Of a stretch of DNA of 64,000 nt, positions 61,997 to 64,000 are shown piece after piece. Within the stretch, counting starts at the first letter, position 1, and each line of letters opens with the position of its first letter. The translations under genes were made by a program, and so were the position numbers. Below the pieces are notes generated by a model. That model was not told the DNA's origin, did no database searches, and worked only from the letters and a program-made list of their open reading frames with translations. This stretch comes from Nemertoderma westbladi (lineage: Eukaryota > Animalia > Xenacoelomorpha): contig JAUCBJ010001498.1 in the NCBI GenBank assembly GCA_032718475.1, forward strand, positions 1 to 64,000. Reading direction: 5' to 3'.

Positions 61997-63464
61997 GAGA
62001 GAAAGCCGCCCCAATATTAGATTATTACAACAACATATCCATTGGGTAAGAAAGTGGAGGAGAGCCAGCCCGTCTCTTAATTTTTTACTTTATATTACGC
62101 GATCAATTTTCACTCATCTCGTCATGAACCCAACATGTATGTAACCTTTTGTTAAATTTGTTGGCTATGCGTTTGCGGTTGTTTGGGCGGAGTGTGGTAG
62201 GCCTACACTTTTTCACACTTAAATATTTTGGTTGTGAAATGTTACAGGGCATAGCGATCTGAGATATTTCATTTATATTTTATTATGAGAGGAAGAAGAA
62301 CATACAACGTTATTTACTATGTAACAAAATAATTGTTTTCGGGTTTAACTTGGAAGCCTCCCCAAATAGTTGATATACAATTATATTTAAAATTATTTCC
62401 ATGGTCATGGTCATTCACCCGTCTTTAGTTAGAAATTTGTTTGCATGAAAGACAGTTTAGTTTAGTTTTTACTGATTTATTATCTCTTATCTGACTGGGG
62501 TAATAATAAAGGATAGGATAAATGGAAGCAAAGTGTGACAGTAACAAATATTTCCCCGTCACCCTAGCATGTCTTAAGTATATGATATATCAAAGGGGGA
62601 AGTTTGGATTCACTGCATAAATGCAGTTCACCAAACTTCCCCCGAATACACACTGTAACTTCCCCCTTCCCCCAAATATCCACTGTTGAATTAATTTGAA
62701 GCGATATAATAAGTACAAAATTGTGCGAGTTTTTAATTGTGTGGTCCAATTGTTATTTGATTTCTATTTATTATTTAAAGTGCATTTAATATCACACTGG
62801 TTTTTAGAATACTATACAACCTTATGTTTTATTAATTTACCCAATCGAAGCCTCATAAGGGCCGGTTATTTGTACGCATATCCCCTAATGCGCTCAGTAA
62901 GGTTCAAACAACATATTAATATGAAAATAAAGTATCTGCAAAGAAAATAACCCAATACTATATAATTTGACCTTATTAAAAAATTTGCACTTTTGCACAC
63001 TTATTTGTACAAGTGCACTTCAGCAGATCGTAATGGTGGCTCTTATTTAACAAACTTATGTTTATCCTCTACCGATCTACAGGTGTATGATCAAGTGTCA
63101 GTCGCTAAAAGTGTCAAAAATCCAATTTAATAAATCTGGATTTGCGAATTTGGACCATATTCATGGACATTTTAAGTCACTTTATAGACATAAAAAGTTA
63201 AACAAATGTTACGATTATAGTTAGAAATCATTCCAAACTACATTTTAATCCAAAAAATAACATTCTACGATGAATGGAACTGGAAATAATAGTGTTTGAA
63301 ATATCGAAAAAATGTTCACTATTTAAGTGCATTTTGCACTAAGCACATGCGTCTTTTCCCAAGTTGTATCCTATTTCACACACTACAATCTATTCTCTAT
63401 CCAATGAAAAAAGTTTCAGATTAAACGGCCCTGTAGAACCGAAGTTATTTATGTCTAAAAATAG
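61997..63464. repeat. Copy 2 of the roughly 1.47-kb direct repeat, ending just before minisatellite E
   Basis: Identity to copy 1 stops after ...aaaaatag. Confidence 0.92.
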
Positions 63465-63476
63465 CGTTCCACGCTA

Positions 63477-64000
63477 GACAAGGGTAAGTAGTTAGTCACT
63501 GACCCTCAGACAAAGGTAAGTAGTTAGTCACTGACCCTCAGACAAAGGTAAGTAGTTAGTCACTGACCCTCAGACTCGGATAAGTAGTTAGTCACTGACC
63601 CTCAGACAAAGGTAAGTAGTTAGTCACTGACCCTCAGACTCGGATAAGTAGTTAGTCACTGACCCTCAGACTCGGGTAAGTAGTTAGTCACTGACCCTCA
63701 GACAAGGGTAAGTAGTTAGTCACTGACCCTAAGACAAAGGTAAGTAGTTAGTCACTGACCCTCAGACAAAGGTAAATAGTTAGTCACTGACCCTCAGACA
63801 AGGGTAAGTAGTTAGTCACTGACCCTCAGACAAAGGTAAGTAGTTAGTCACTGACCCTCAGACAAAGGTAAGTAGTTAGTCACTGACCCTCAGACAAGGG
63901 TAAGTAGTTAGTCACTGACCCTCAGACAAAGGTAAGTAGTTAGTCACTGACCCTCAGACAAAGGTAAGTAGTTAGTCACTGACCCTCAGACAAAGGTAAA
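63477..64000. repeat. Minisatellite E, 32-bp unit ACAAAGGTAAGTAGTTAGTCACTGACCCTCAG (about 16 copies, runs off the window end)
   Basis: Visible array; variation falls mostly in the 6 nt ACAAAG/ACAAGG/ACTCGG. Confidence 0.97.

Noticed and set aside
55402-63477. 14-bp match GCGTTCCACGCTAG between a DYRK exon and the start of array E
   Set aside because: A 14-mer match is expected by chance among roughly 30 kb of unique sequence, and it does not extend.
63477-64000. CRISPR-like array (conserved repeat plus variable spacer)
   Set aside because: Spacers are only 6 nt and recur; eukaryotic context; no cas genes.

Overview
Eukaryotic (most likely invertebrate animal) genomic DNA. A class II DYRK (DYRK2-like) kinase gene runs on the minus strand over about 48 kb. 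I reconstructed 7 coding exons by hand, with GT-AG junctions and consistent phases (1842 nt from the ATG at 55509 to the stop at 7079). Two giant introns (about 19.8 and 24.3 kb) are filled with minisatellites and LINEs, and one contains an intronless, same-strand TRIP13/Pch2 AAA+ ATPase gene. There are five unrelated large tandem arrays (26, 26, 50/46, 26 and 32 bp units). Two LINEs sit inside arrays: a near-full-length RTEX/L2-like element and a 5'-truncated RTE with an open ORF. Other elements are degraded LINE fragments, MITE/Helentron-like sequences, a 3.07-kb-period duplication and a tRNA-like relic. The most striking observation is that the roughly 15 kb satellite in one DYRK intron is an amplification of that intron's own exon/5' splice junction (CAG|GTGAGT). 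It gives hundreds of tandem 26-nt GT...CAG units that resemble recursive splice sites. The terminal 32-bp array independently contains a 26-nt GTAAGT...CTGAC...CAG mini-intron-like unit. No database searches or computations were run; family assignments come from motif recognition.
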